DNA from: the human T2T-CHM13v2.0 reference genome, Homo sapiens
Assembly: GCF_009914755.1 (NCBI RefSeq)
Contig: NC_060948.1
DNA length: 64,000 bases
Strand: one strand, 5' to 3'
The position numbers and the translations under genes were made by a program. Each line of letters begins with the position of its first letter. The first letter of the stretch is position 1. Of the stretch, positions 33,927 to 51,153 are shown piece after piece. Below the pieces are notes generated by a model. That model made no database searches. It was not told the origin of the DNA and worked only from the letters and a program-made list of their open reading frames with translations.

Positions 33927-34218
33927 TTTTTTTTTAGACAGAATCTTGTCCTGTTGCACAGGGTGGGGTACAATGGCGCCATCTTTGCTGACGGCAAATT
34001 CTGCCTCACGGGTCCAAGCGATTGTCCTCCCTCAGCCTCCCAGGTAGCTGGGACTACACCACACTGGGACTACACCAGCTGCCACCATGCCTAGCTAATT
34101 TTTTGGATTTTTAGTAGTGACAGCGTTTCACTGTATTGGCCAGGATGGTCTTGATCTCTTCACCTTGTGATCCCCTTGCCTTGGCCTCCAAATTTGCTGG
34201 GATTACAGGCCTGAGCCA
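33927..34218 (-). mobile_element. Diverged Alu, U15
   Basis: Copy; ctgacggcaaattc as in U4. Confidence 0.95.
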
Positions 34219-36346
34219 AGATCCATATTTTTTAAATGAAAAAAAATTTCAAAGGTACTCTGCTTGGTACAATAATCAAATGTATAAACTGAGGAATAAA
34301 ACATAACCATGAAACCTACTTATAACTGCATATGGAAAATACAGAGGATAATTTTTTAAATAACATATTTTGAAAGCCTTAACTAGTAATTTGAAGAGCT
34401 GGCATTTGAAAGGCCAGTATGAATATACCTTCAAAGCAGCAACACAGGTTCCCCATGAGAAAAAGCAAACACAGGGAAAATAAAAACACAAAGGTTCAAT
34501 CTCTTCTGACCTTTGAAAGACACAGCACAGACAGTGGTCCTTAGGACGAAGAGCAGGAGACCCCTAATTCCGTCACCATGGCGATAGGGCATAAACATTG
34601 CTGGGTGAGGGCACAATCCACATTGTGAGGTCCAACTGCTGCCAGGAAGACAGGAGTGCTTTTACATAGACCGAAAGGTCATTGAAGGCTCAGAGTTTTG
34701 TTTCAAGAACTGAATCCCAAGCCCACACGTTATTAGGCTGCGCTTCTTAAAACAAGTTATGAGATGGGAAAAAGGGCACCCACAAACATACGTATACATT
34801 ATGTATATAATAATATACAGTATCATATATATAATATATATAACCTATGTATAATATTGTTTTACATCCTGCATCTTATGTTATATATATTGTATAAAAT
34901 ATAATAATTGATAATATATAAGTTTTATAATTATACAATATGACATATAGTATATATTATAATTTATGACATATATAATATATGTTATATGTCATATATA
35001 GAATATATTATACGGTTAATATACGTATTAAATATAAATTATACATTATATATATTATATATAATATATCTGTTATATATAATACCCATTATGCATAATA
35101 TATATATTATGTCTATGTTATATATAGTATAAAACAACATATAATAATATATAATTGTATATATAAAATGCGACATATAATATATATTATATTTTATTAC
35201 ATATGCAATATATATTATATATTATATATAATACGTTGTATGTATAATACCTATATTAAATATATATTATATGACTATGTTATTAATTACATGTCACATG
35301 CGTTATATATTATATATTTTACATAGAATATACCGGTTACATACAATATATACTATGTTACCTATAATGTATAATTTATTACATGTAAAATAAAGAATGC
35401 AATATATTATGTAAAATTTATAATATACCATATGTGGAATGTGATATATATAACATATAATATATGATATATGATGTACAGTATATGATATATAACATAC
35501 AATATATGATTCCTAATATATATGGTATACAATATATATTTTATGTTATGTATTCTATATGTTTTATATTCTGTTATATATAACTATTTGAAATTATATA
35601 TAACTGTATAATATTTTATGTAAATATGTAATATAATATATATAACTATATAATATATTATATATAACTATATATTATGTTATATATACTTTTATAACAT
35701 AATTTACATAAAATATCATAATATAATATATATTATATTATTTCATATTACATAATATATATTACATATCACCCAATATAACTAACATACATAATATTAT
35801 AATATAGATTATATTATGTTATATTAAATATCATATATATCATGTATCATATATTCTATAATATATATTACACCTTATATAATATGTATGTTGTCTATTA
35901 TGTGATATATATAACTATATATATAATTATATTTTTATACATATAACTAGATAAACATGTAATTCTACATATTTTCATTTATAATATGTAGAATTATATA
36001 ATCATATATAATTATTTATATTCTATAAAAAATTTTATCATTATATAAATTATAATATATAAAAATTATAATATGTACTACAAATATATATATTATATAT
36101 CATATATGCTATAGTACCTTTGTTATATATCATAATACATATAAATGTGTATTATGTTATCTATAATTATATAATTTCATATATAAGTTGTATAATATGT
36201 ATCATATATTATATATGTTATGTAATATATATAGTATATATAAGATGACACAGGATAAATATTATATACTATGAGATATAAAATATATGAGGTTATATGT
36301 TACATATAAGGCATAGCACATAACATGTAATACATATCATATATAA

Positions 36347-36638
36347 TTTTTTTTTAGACAGAATCTTGTCCTGTTGCACAGTGTGGGGTACAATGGCGCC
36401 ATCTTTGCTCACTGCAACTTCTGCCTCACGGGTCCAAGCGATTCTCCTCCCTCAGCCTCCCAGGTAGCTGGGACTACACCACACTGGGACTACACCAGCT
36501 GCCACCATGCCTAGCTAATTATTTGGATTTTTAGTAGTGACAGCGTTTCACTGTATTGGCCAGGATGGTCTTGATCTCTTCACCTTGTGATCCCCTTGCC
36601 TTGGCCTCCAAATTTGCTGGGATTACAGGCCTGAGCCA
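36347..36638 (-). mobile_element. Diverged Alu, U16
   Basis: Copy; aattattt plus private cagtgtg and gattctcc. Confidence 0.95.
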
Positions 36639-38766
36639 AGATCCATATTTTTTAAATGAAAAAAAATTTCAAAGGTACTCTGCTTGGTACAATAATCAAA
36701 TGTATAAACTGAGGAATAAAACATAACCATGAAACCTACTTATAACTGCATATGGAAAATACAGAGGATAATTTTTTAAATAACATATTTTGAAAGCCTT
36801 AACTAGTAATTTGAAGAGCTGGCATTTGAAAGGCCAGTATGAATATACCTTCAAAGCAGCAACACAGGTTCCCCATGAGAAAAAGCAAACACAGGGAAAA
36901 TAAAAACACAAAGGTTCAATCTCTTGTGACCTTTGAAAGACACAGCACAGACAGTGGTCCTTAGGACGAAGAGCAGGAGACCCCTAATTCCGTCACCATG
37001 GCGATAGGGCATAAACATTGCTGGGTGAGGGCACAATCCACATTGTGAGGTCCAACTGCTGCCAGGAAGACAGGAGTGCTTTTACATAGACCGAAAGGTC
37101 ATTGAAGGCTCAGAGTTTTGTTTCAAGAACTGAATCCCAAGCCCACACGTTATTAGGCTGCGCTTCTTTAAACAAGTTATGAGATGGGAAAAAGGGCACC
37201 CACAAACATACGTATACATTATGTATATAATAATATACAGTATCATATATATAATATATATAACCTATGTATAATATTGTTTTACATCCTGCATCTTATG
37301 TTATATATATTGTATAAAATATAATAGTTGATAATATATAAGTTTTATAATTATACAATATGACATATAGTATATATTATAATTTATGACATATATAATA
37401 TATGTTATATGTCATATATAGAATATATTATACGGTTAATATACGTATTAAATATAAATTATACATTATATATATTATATATAATATATCTGTTATATAT
37501 AATACCCATTATGCATAATATATATATTATATCTATGTTATATATAGTATAAAACAACATATAATAATATATAATTGTATATATAAAATGCGACATATAA
37601 TATATATTATATTTTATAACATATGTAATATATATTATATATTATATATAATACGTTGTAAGTATAATACCTATATTAAATATATATTATATGACTATGT
37701 TATTAATTACGTGTCACATGTGTTATATATTATATATTTTACATAGAATATACCGGTTACATACAATATATACTATGTTACCTATAATGTACAATTTATT
37801 ACATGTAAAATAAAGAATGCAATACATTATGTATAATTTATAATATACCATATGTGGAATGTGATATATATAACATATAATATATGATATATGATATACA
37901 GTATATGATATATAACATACAATATATGATTCCTAATATATATGGTATACAATATATATTTTATGATATGTATTCTATATGTTTTATATTCTGTTATATA
38001 TAACTATTTGAAATTATATATAACTGTATAATATTTTATGTAAATATGTAATATAATATATATAACTATATAATATATTATATATAACTATATATTATGT
38101 TATATATACTTTTATAACATAATTTACATAAAATATCATAATATAATATATATTATATTATTTCATATTACATAATATATATTACATATCACCCAATATA
38201 ACTAACATACATAATATTATAATATAGATTATATTGCGTTATATTAAATATCATTTATATCATGTATCATATATTCTATAATATATATTACACATTATAT
38301 AATATGTATGTTGTCTATTATGTGATATATATAACTATATATATAATTATATTTTTATACATATAACTAGATAAACATGTAATTCTACATATTTTCATTT
38401 ATAATATGTAGAATTATATAATCATATATAATTATTTATATTCTATAAAAAATTTTATCATTATATAAATTATAATATATAAAAATTATAATATGTACTA
38501 CAAATATATATATTATATATCATATATGCTATAGTACTATTGTTATATTTCATAATACATATAAATGTGTATTATGTTATCTATAATTATATAATTTCAT
38601 ATATAAGGTGTATAATATGTATCATAAATTATATATGTTGTGTAATATATATAGTATATATAAGATGACACAGGATAAATATTATATACTATGACATATA
38701 AAATATATGAGGTTATATGTTACATATAAGGCATAGCACATAACATGTAATATATATCATATATAA

Positions 38767-39058
38767 TTTTTTTTTAGACAGAATCTTGTCCTGTTGCACA
38801 GGGTGGGGTACAATGGCGCCATCTTTGCTGACTGCAAATTCTGCCTCACGGGTCCAAGCGATTGTCCTCCCTCAGCCTCCCAGGTAGCTGGGACTACACC
38901 ACACAGGGACTACACCAGCTGCCACCATGCCTAGCTAATTTTTTGGATTTTTAGTAGTGACAGCGTTTCACTGTATTGGCCAGGATGGTCTTGATCTCTT
39001 CACCTTGTGATCCCCTTGCCTTGGCCTCCAAATTTGCTGGGATTACAGGCCTGAGCCA
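38767..39058 (-). mobile_element. Diverged Alu, U17
   Basis: Copy; ctgac/aattc type, private acacaggg. Confidence 0.95.
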
Positions 39059-41163
39059 AGATCCATATTTTTTAAATGAAAAAAAATTTCAAAGGTACTC
39101 TGCTTGGTACAATAATCAAATGTATAAACTGAGGAATAAAACATAACCATGAAACCTACTTATAACTGCATATGGAAAATACAGAGGATAATTTTTTAAA
39201 TAACATATTTTGAAAGCCTTAACTAGTAATTTGAAGAGTTGGCATTTGAAAGGCCAGTATGAATATACCTTCAAAGCAGCAACACAGGTTCCCCATGAGA
39301 AAAAGCAAACACAGGGAAAATAAAAACACAAAGGTTCAATCTCTTCTGACCTTTGAAAGACACAGCACAGACAGTGGTCCTTAGGACGAAGAGCAGGAGA
39401 CCCCTAATTCCGTCACCATGACGATAGGGCATAAACATTGCTGGGTGAGGGCACAATCCACATTGTGAGGTCCAACTGCTGCCAGGAAGACAGGAGTGCT
39501 TTTACATAGACCGAAAGGTCATTGAAGGCTCAGAGTTTTGTTTCAAGAACTGAATCCCAAGCCCACACGTTATTAGGCTGCGCTTCTTAAAACAAGTTAT
39601 GAGATGGGAAAAAGGGCACCCACAAACATACGTATACATTATGTATATAATAATATACAGTATCATATATATAATATATATAACCTATGTATAATACTGT
39701 TTTACATCCTGCATCTTATGTTATATATATTGTATAAAATATAATAATTGATAATATATAAGTTTTATAATTATACAATATGACATATAGTATATATTAT
39801 AATTTATGACATATATAATATATGTTATATGTCATATATAGAATATATTATACGGTTAATATACGTATTAAATATAAATTATACATTATATATATTATAT
39901 ACAATATATCTGTTATATATAATACCCATTATGCATAATATATATATTATGTCTATGTTATATATAGTATAAAACAACATATAATAATATATAATTGTAT
40001 ATATAAAATGCGACATATAATATATATTATATTTTATAACATATGTAATATATATTATATATTATATATAACACGTTGTATGTATAATACCTATATTAAA
40101 TATATATTATATGACTATGTTATTAATTACATGTCACATGTGTTATATATTATATATTTTACATAGAATATACCGGTTACATACAATATATACTATGTTA
40201 CCTATAATGTATAATTTATTACATGTAAAATAAAGAATGCAATATATTATGTATAATTTATAATATACCATATGTGGAATGTGATATATATAACATATAA
40301 TATATGATATATGATATACAGTATATGATATATAACATACAATATATGATTCCTAATATATATGGTATACAATATATATTTTATGATATGTATTCTATAT
40401 GTTTTATATTCTGTTATATATAACTATTTGAAATTATATATAACTGTATAATATTTTATGTAAATATGTAATATAATATATATAACTATATAATATATTA
40501 TATATAACTATATATTATGTTATATATACTTTTATAACATAATTTACATAAAATATCATAATATAATATATATTATATTATTTCATATTACATAATATAT
40601 ATTACATATCACCCAATATAACTAACATACATAATATTATAATATAGATTATATTGTGTTATATTAAATATCATATATATCATGTATCATATATTCTATA
40701 ATATATATTACACATTATATAATATGTATGTTGTCTATTATGTGATATATATAACTATATATATAATTATATTTTTATACATATAACTAGATAAACATGT
40801 AATTCTACATATTTTCATTTATAATATGTAGAATTATATAATCATATATAATTATTTATATTCTATAAAAAATTTTATCATTATATAAATTATAATATAT
40901 AAAAATTATAATATGTACTACAAATATATATATTATATATCATATATGATATAGTACCTTTGTTATATATCATAATACATATACATGTGTATTATGTTAT
41001 CTATAATTATATAATTTCATATATAAGATGTATAATATGTATCATATATTATATAAGTTATGTAATATATATAGTATATATAAGATGACAAAGGATAAAT
41101 ATTATATACTATGACATATAAAATATATGAGGTTATATGTTACATATAAGGCATAGCACATAA

Positions 41164-41478
<315 letters not shown>

Positions 41479-43583
41479 AGATCCATATTTTTTAAATGAA
41501 AAAAAATTTCAAAGGTACTCTGCTTGGTACAATAATCAAATGTATAAACTGAGGAATAAAACATAACCATGAAACCTACTTATAACTGCATATGGAAAAT
41601 ACAGAAGATAATTTTTTAAATAACATATTTTGAAAGCCTTAACTAGTAATTTGAAGAGTTGGCATTTGAAAGGCCAGTATGAATATACCTTCAAAGCAGC
41701 AACACAGGTTCCCCATGAGAAAAAGCAAACACAGGGAAAATTAAAACACAAAGGTTCAATCTCTTCTGACCTTTGAAAGACACAGCACAGACAGTGGTCC
41801 TTAGGAGGAAGAGCACGAGACCCCTAATTCCGTCACCATGGCGATAGGGCATAAACATTGCTGGGTGAGGGCACAATCCACATTGTGAGGTCCAACTGCT
41901 GCCAGGAAGACAGGAGTGCTTTTACATAGACCGAAAGGTCATTGAAGGCTCAGAGTTTTGTTTCAAGAACTGAATCCCAAGCCCACACGTTATTAGGCTG
42001 CGCTTCTTAAAACAAGTTATGAGATGGGAAAAAGGGCACCCACAAACATACGTATACATTATGTATATAATAATATACAGTATCATATATATAATATATA
42101 TAACCTATGTATAATATTGTTTTACATCCTGCATCTTATGTTATATATATTGTATAAAATATAATAATTGATAATATATAAGTTTTATAATTATACAATA
42201 AGACATATAGTATATATTATAATTTGTGACATATATAATATATGTTATATGTCATATATAGAATATATTATACGGTTAATATACGTATTAAATATAAATT
42301 ATACATTATATATATTATATATATTATATCTGTTATATATAATACCCATTATGCTTAATATATATATTATGTCTATGTTATATATAGTATAAAACAACAT
42401 ATAATAATATATAATTGTATATATAAAATGCGACATATAATATATATTATATTTTATAACATATGTAATATATATTATATATTATATATAATACGTTGTA
42501 TGTATAATACCTATATTAAATATATATTATATGACTATGTTATTAATTACATGTCACATGTGTTATATATTATATATTTTACATAGAATATACCGGTTAC
42601 ATACAATATATACTATGTTACCTATAATGTATAATTTTTTACATGTAAAATAAAGAATGCAATATATTATGTATAATTTATAATATACCATATGTGGAAT
42701 GTGATATATATAACATATAATATATGATATATGATATACAGTATATGATATATAACATACAATATATGATTCCTAATATATATGGTATACAATATATATT
42801 TTATGATATGTATTCTATATGTTTTATATTCTGTTATATATAACTATTTGAAATTATATATAACTGTATAATATTTTATGTAAATATGTAATATAATATA
42901 TATAACTATATAATATATTATATATAACTATATATTATGTTATATATACTTTTATAACATAATTTACATAAAATATCATAATATAATATATATTATATTA
43001 TTTCATATTACATAATATATATTACATATCACCCAATATAAGTAACATACATAATATTATAATATAGATTATATTGTGTTATATTAAATATCATATATAT
43101 CATGTATCATATATTCTATAATATATATTACACATTATATAATATGTATGTTGTCTATTATGTGATATACATAACTATATATATAATTATATTTTTATAC
43201 ATATAACTAGATAAACATGTAATTCTACATATTTTCATTTATAATATGTAGAATTATATAATCATATATAATTATTTATATTCTATAAAAAATTTTATCA
43301 TTATATAAATTATAATATATAAAAATTATAATATGTACTACAAATATATATATTATATATCATATATGATATAGTACCTTTGTTATATATCATAATACAT
43401 ATAAATGTGTATTATGTTATCTATAATTATATAATTTCATATAAAAGATGTATAATATGTATCATATATTATATATGTTATGAAATATATATAGTATATA
43501 TAAGATGACACAGGATAAATATTATATACTATGACATATAAAATATATGAGGTTACATGTTACATATAAGGCATAGCACATAA

Positions 43584-43898
<315 letters not shown>

Positions 43899-45998
43899 AG
43901 ATCCATATTTTTTAAATGAAAAAAAATTTCAAAGGTACTCTGCTTGGTACAATAATCAAATGTATAAACTGAGGAATAAAACATAACCATGAAACCTACT
44001 TATAACTGCATATGGAAAATACAGAGGATAATTTTTTAAATAACATATTTTGAAAGCCTTAACTAGTAATTTGAAGAGTTGGCATTTGAAAGGCCAGTAT
44101 GAATATACCTTCAAAGCAGCAACACAGGTTCCCCATGAGAAAAAGCAAACACAGGGAAAATAAAAACACAAAGGTTCAATCTCTTCTGACCTTTGAAAGA
44201 CACAGCACAGACAGTGGTCCTTAGGACGAAGAGCAGGAGACCCCTAATTCCGTCACCATGGCGATAGGGCATAAACATTGCTGGGTGAGGGCACAATCCA
44301 CATTGTGAGGTCCAACTGCTGCCAGGAAGACAGGAGTGCTTTTACATAGACCGAAAGGTCATTGAAGGCTCAGAGTTTTGTTTCAAGAACTGAATCCCAA
44401 GCCCACACGTTATTAGGCTGCGCTTCTTAAAACAAGTTATGAGATGGGAAAAAGGGCACCCACAAACATACGTATACATTATGTATATAATAATATACAG
44501 TATCATATATATAATATATATAACCTATGTATAATATTGTTTTACATCCTGCATCTTATGTTATATATATTGTATAAAATATAATAATTGATAATATATA
44601 AGTTTTATAATTATACAATATGACATATAGTATATATTATAATTTATGACATATATAATATATGTTATATATCATATATAGAATATATTATACGGTTAAT
44701 ATACGTATTAAATATAAATTATACATTATATATATTATATATAATATATCTGTTATATATAATACCCATTATGCATAATATATATATTATGTCTATGTTA
44801 TATATAGTATAAAACAACATATAATAATATATAATTGTATATATAAAATGCGACATATAATATATATTATATTTTATAACATATGTAATATATATTATAT
44901 ATAATACGTTGTATGTATAATACCTATATTAAATATATATTATATGACTATGTTATTAATTACATGTCACATGTGTTACATATTATATATTTTACATAGA
45001 ATATACCGGTTACATACAATATATACTATGTTACCTATAATGTATAATTTATTACATGTAAAATAAAGAATGCAATATATTATGTATAATTTATAATATA
45101 CAATATGTGGAATGTGACATATGTAACATATAATATATGATATATGATATACAGTATATGATATATAACATACAATATATGATTCCTAATATATACGGTA
45201 TACAATATATATTTTATGATATGTATTCTATATGTTTTATATTCTGTTATATATAACTATTTGAAATTATATATAACTGTATAATATTTTATGTAAATAT
45301 GTAATATAATATATATAACTATATAATATATTATATATAACTATATATTATGTTATATATACTTTTATAACATAATTTACATAAAATATCATAATATAAT
45401 ATATATTATATTATTTCATATTACATAATATATATTACATATCACCCAATATAACTAACATACATAATATTATAATATAGATTATATTATGTTATATTAA
45501 ATATCATATATATCATGTATCATATATTCTATAATATATATTACACATTATATAATATGTATGTTGTCTATTATGTGATATATATAACTCAATATATAAT
45601 TATATTTTTATACATATAACTAGATAAACATGTAATTCTACATATTTTCATTTATAATATGTAGAATTATATAATCATATATAATTATTTATATTCTATA
45701 AAAAATTTTATCATTATATAAATTATAATATATAAAAATTATAATATGTACTACAAATATATATATATTATATATCATATATGATATAGTACCTTTGTTA
45801 TATATCATAATACATATAAATGTGTATTATGTTATCTATAATTATATAATTTCATATATAAGATGTATAATATGTATCATATATTATATATGTTATGTAA
45901 TATATATAGTATATATAAGATGACACAGGATAAATATTATATACTATGACATATAAAATATATGAGGTTATATGTTACATATAAGGCATAGCACATAA

Positions 45999-46313
<315 letters not shown>

Positions 46314-48420
46314 AGATCCATATTTTTTAAATGAAAAAAAATTTCAAAGGTACTCTGCTTGGTACAATAATCAAATGTATAAACTGAGGAATAAAACATA
46401 ACCATGAAACCTACTTATAACTGCATATGGAAAATACAGAGGATAATTTTTTAAATAACATATTTTGAAAGCCTTAACTAGTAATTTGAAGAGTTGGCAT
46501 TTGAAAGGCCAGTATGAATAAACCTTCAAAGCAGCAACACAGGTTCCCCATGAGAAAAAACAAACACAGGGAAAATAAAAACACAAAGGTTCAATCTCTT
46601 CTGACCTTTGAAAGACACAGCACAGACAGTGGTCCTTAGGACGAAGAGCAGGAGACCCCTAATTCCGTCACCATGGCGATAGGGCATAAACATTGCTGGG
46701 TGAGGGCACAATCCACATTGTGAGGTCCAACTGCTGCCAGGAAGACAGGAGTGCTTTTACATAGACCGAAAGGTCATTGAAGGCTCAGAGTTTTGTTTCA
46801 AGAACTGAATCCCAAGCCCACACGTTATTAGGCTGCGCTTCTTAAAACAAGTTATGAGATGGGAAAAAGGGCACCCACAAACATACGTATACATTATGTA
46901 TATAATAATATACTGTATCATATATATAATATATATAACCTATGTATAATATTGTTTTACATCCTGCATCTTATGTTATATATATTGTATAAAATATAAT
47001 AATTGATAATATATAAGTTTTATAATTATACAATATGACATATAGTATATATTATAATTTATGACATATATAATATATGTTATATATCATATATAGAATA
47101 TATTATACGGTTAATATACGTATTAAATATAAATTATACCTTATATATATTATATATAATATATCTGTTATATATAATACCCATTATGCATAATATATAT
47201 ATTATGTCTATGTTATATATAGTATAAAACAACATATTATAATATATAATTGTATATATAAAATGCGACATATAATATATATTATATTTTATAACATATG
47301 TAATATATATTATATATTATATATAATACGTTGTATGTATAATACCTATATTAAATATATATTATATGACTATGTTATTAATTACATGTCACATGTGTTA
47401 TATATTATATATTTTACATAGAATATACCGGTTACATACAATATATACTATGTTACCTATAATGTATAATTTATTACATGTAAAATAAAGAATGCAATAT
47501 ATTATGTATAATTTATAATATACAATATGTGGAATGTGACATATGTAACATATAATATATGATATATGATATACAGTATATGATATATAACATACAATAT
47601 ATGATTCCTAATATATATGGTATACAATATATATTTTATGATATGTATTCTATATGTTTTATATTCTGTTATATATAACTATTTGAAATTATATATAACT
47701 GTATAATATTTTATGTAAATATGTAATATAATATATATAACTATATAATATATTATATATAACTATATATTATGTTATATATACTTTTATAACATAATTT
47801 ACATAAAATATCATAATATAATATATATTATATTATTTCATATTACATAATATATATTACATATCACCCAATATAACTAACATACATAATATTATAATAT
47901 AGATTATATTATGTTATATTAAATATCATATATATCATGTATCATATATTCTATAATATATATTACACATTATATAATATGTATGTTGTCTATTATGTGA
48001 TATATATAACTCAATATATAATTATATTTTTATACATATAACTAGATAAACATGTAATTCTACATATTTTCATTTATAATATGTAGAATTATATAATCAT
48101 ATATAATTATTTATATTCTATAAAAAATTTTATCATTATATAAATTATAATATATAAAAATTATAATATGTACTACAAATATATATATATTATATATCAT
48201 ATATGATATAGTACCTTTGTTATATATCATAATACATATAAATGTGTATTATGTTATCTATAATTATATAATTTCATATATAAGATGTATAATATGTATC
48301 ATATATTATATATGTTATGTAATATATATAGTATATATAAGATGACACAGGATAAATATTATATACTATGACATATAAAATATATGAGGTTATATGTTAC
48401 ATATAAGGCATAGCACATAA

Positions 48421-48735
<315 letters not shown>

Positions 48736-50838
48736 AGATCCATATTTTGTAAATGAAAAAAAATTTCAAAGGTACTCTGCTTGGTACAATAATCAAATGT
48801 ATAAACTGAGGAATAAAACATAACCATGAAACCTACTTATAACTGCATATGGAAAATACAGAGGATAATTTTTTAAATAACATATTTTGAAAGCCTTAAC
48901 TAGTAATTTGAAGAGTTGGCATTTGAAAGGCCAGTATGAATAAACCTTCAAAGCAGCAACACAGGTTCCCCATGAGAAAAAGCAAACACAGGGAAAATAA
49001 AAACACAAAGGTTCAATCTCTTCTGACCTTTGAAAGACACAGCACAGACAGTGGTCCTTAGGACGAAGAGCAGGAGACCCCTAATTCCGTCACCATGGCG
49101 ATAGGGCATAAACATTGCTGGGTGAGGGCACAATCCACATTGTGAGGTCCAACTGCTGCCAGGAAGACAGGAGTGCTTTTACATAGACCGAAAGGTCATT
49201 GAAGGCTCAGAGTTTTGTTTCAAGAACTGAATCCCAAGCCCACACGTTATTAGGCTGCGCTTCTTAAAACAAGTTATGAGATGGGAAAAAGGGCACCCAC
49301 AAACATACGTATACATTATGTATATAATAATATACAGTATCATATATATAATATATATAACCTATGTATAATATTGTTTTACATCCTGCATCTTATGTTA
49401 TATATATTGTATAAAATATAATAGTTGATAATATATAAGTTTTATAATTATACAATATGACATATAGTATATATTATAATTTATGACATATATAATATAT
49501 GTTGTATGTCATATATAGAATATATTATACGGTTAATATACGTATTAAATATAAATTATACATTATATATATTATATATAATATATCTGTTATATATAAT
49601 ACCCATTATGCATAATATATATATTATGTCTATGTTATATATAGTATAAAACAACATATAATAATATATAATTGTATATATAAAATGCGACATATAATAT
49701 ATATTATATTTTATAACATATGTAATATATATTATATATTATATATAATACGTTGTATGTATAATACCTATATTAAATATATATTATATGACTATGTTAT
49801 TAATTACATGTCACATGTGTTATATATTATATATTTTACATAGAATATACCGGTTACATACAATATATACTATGTTACCTATAATGTATAATTTATTACA
49901 TGTAAAATAAAGAATGCAATATATTATGTAAAATTTATAATAAACCATATGTGGAATGTGATATATATAACATATAATATATGATATATGATATACAGTA
50001 TATGATATATAACATACAATATATGATTCCTAATATATATGGTATACAATATATATTTTATGATATGTATTCTATATGTTTTATATTCTGTTATATATAA
50101 CTATTTGAAATTATATATAACTGTATAATATTTTATGTAAATATGTAATATAATATATATAACTATATAATATATTATATATAACTATATATTATGTTAT
50201 ATATACTTTTATAACATAATTTACATAAAATATCATAATATAATATATATTATATTATTTCATATTACATAATATATATTACATATCACCCAATATAACT
50301 AACATACATAATATTATAATATAGATTATATTATGTTATATTAAATATCATATATATCATGTATCATATATTCTATAATATATATTACACATTATATAAT
50401 ATGTATGTTGTCTATTATGTGATATATATAACTATATATAATTATATTTTTATACATATAACTAGATAAACATGTAATTCTACATATTTTCGTTTATAAT
50501 ATGTAGAATTATATAATCAAATATAATTATTTATATTCTATAAAAAATTTTATCATTATATAAATTATAATATATAAAAATTATAATATGTACTACAAAT
50601 ATATATATTATATATCATATATGCTATAGTACCTTTGTTATATATCATAATACATATAAATGTGTATTATGTTATCTATAATTATATAATTTCATATATA
50701 AGTTGTATAATATGTATCATATATTATATATGTTATGTAATATATATAGTATATATAAGATGACACAGGATAAATATTATATACTATGAGATATAAAATA
50801 TATGAGGTTATATGTTACATATAAGGCATAGCACATAA

Positions 50839-51153
<315 letters not shown>

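Noticed and set aside
42168-42392. 74-aa plus-strand ORF unique to U18
   Set aside because: Low-complexity Ile/Tyr product opened by private substitutions that remove stops in the AT-rich tract; it starts at TTG, not ATG.
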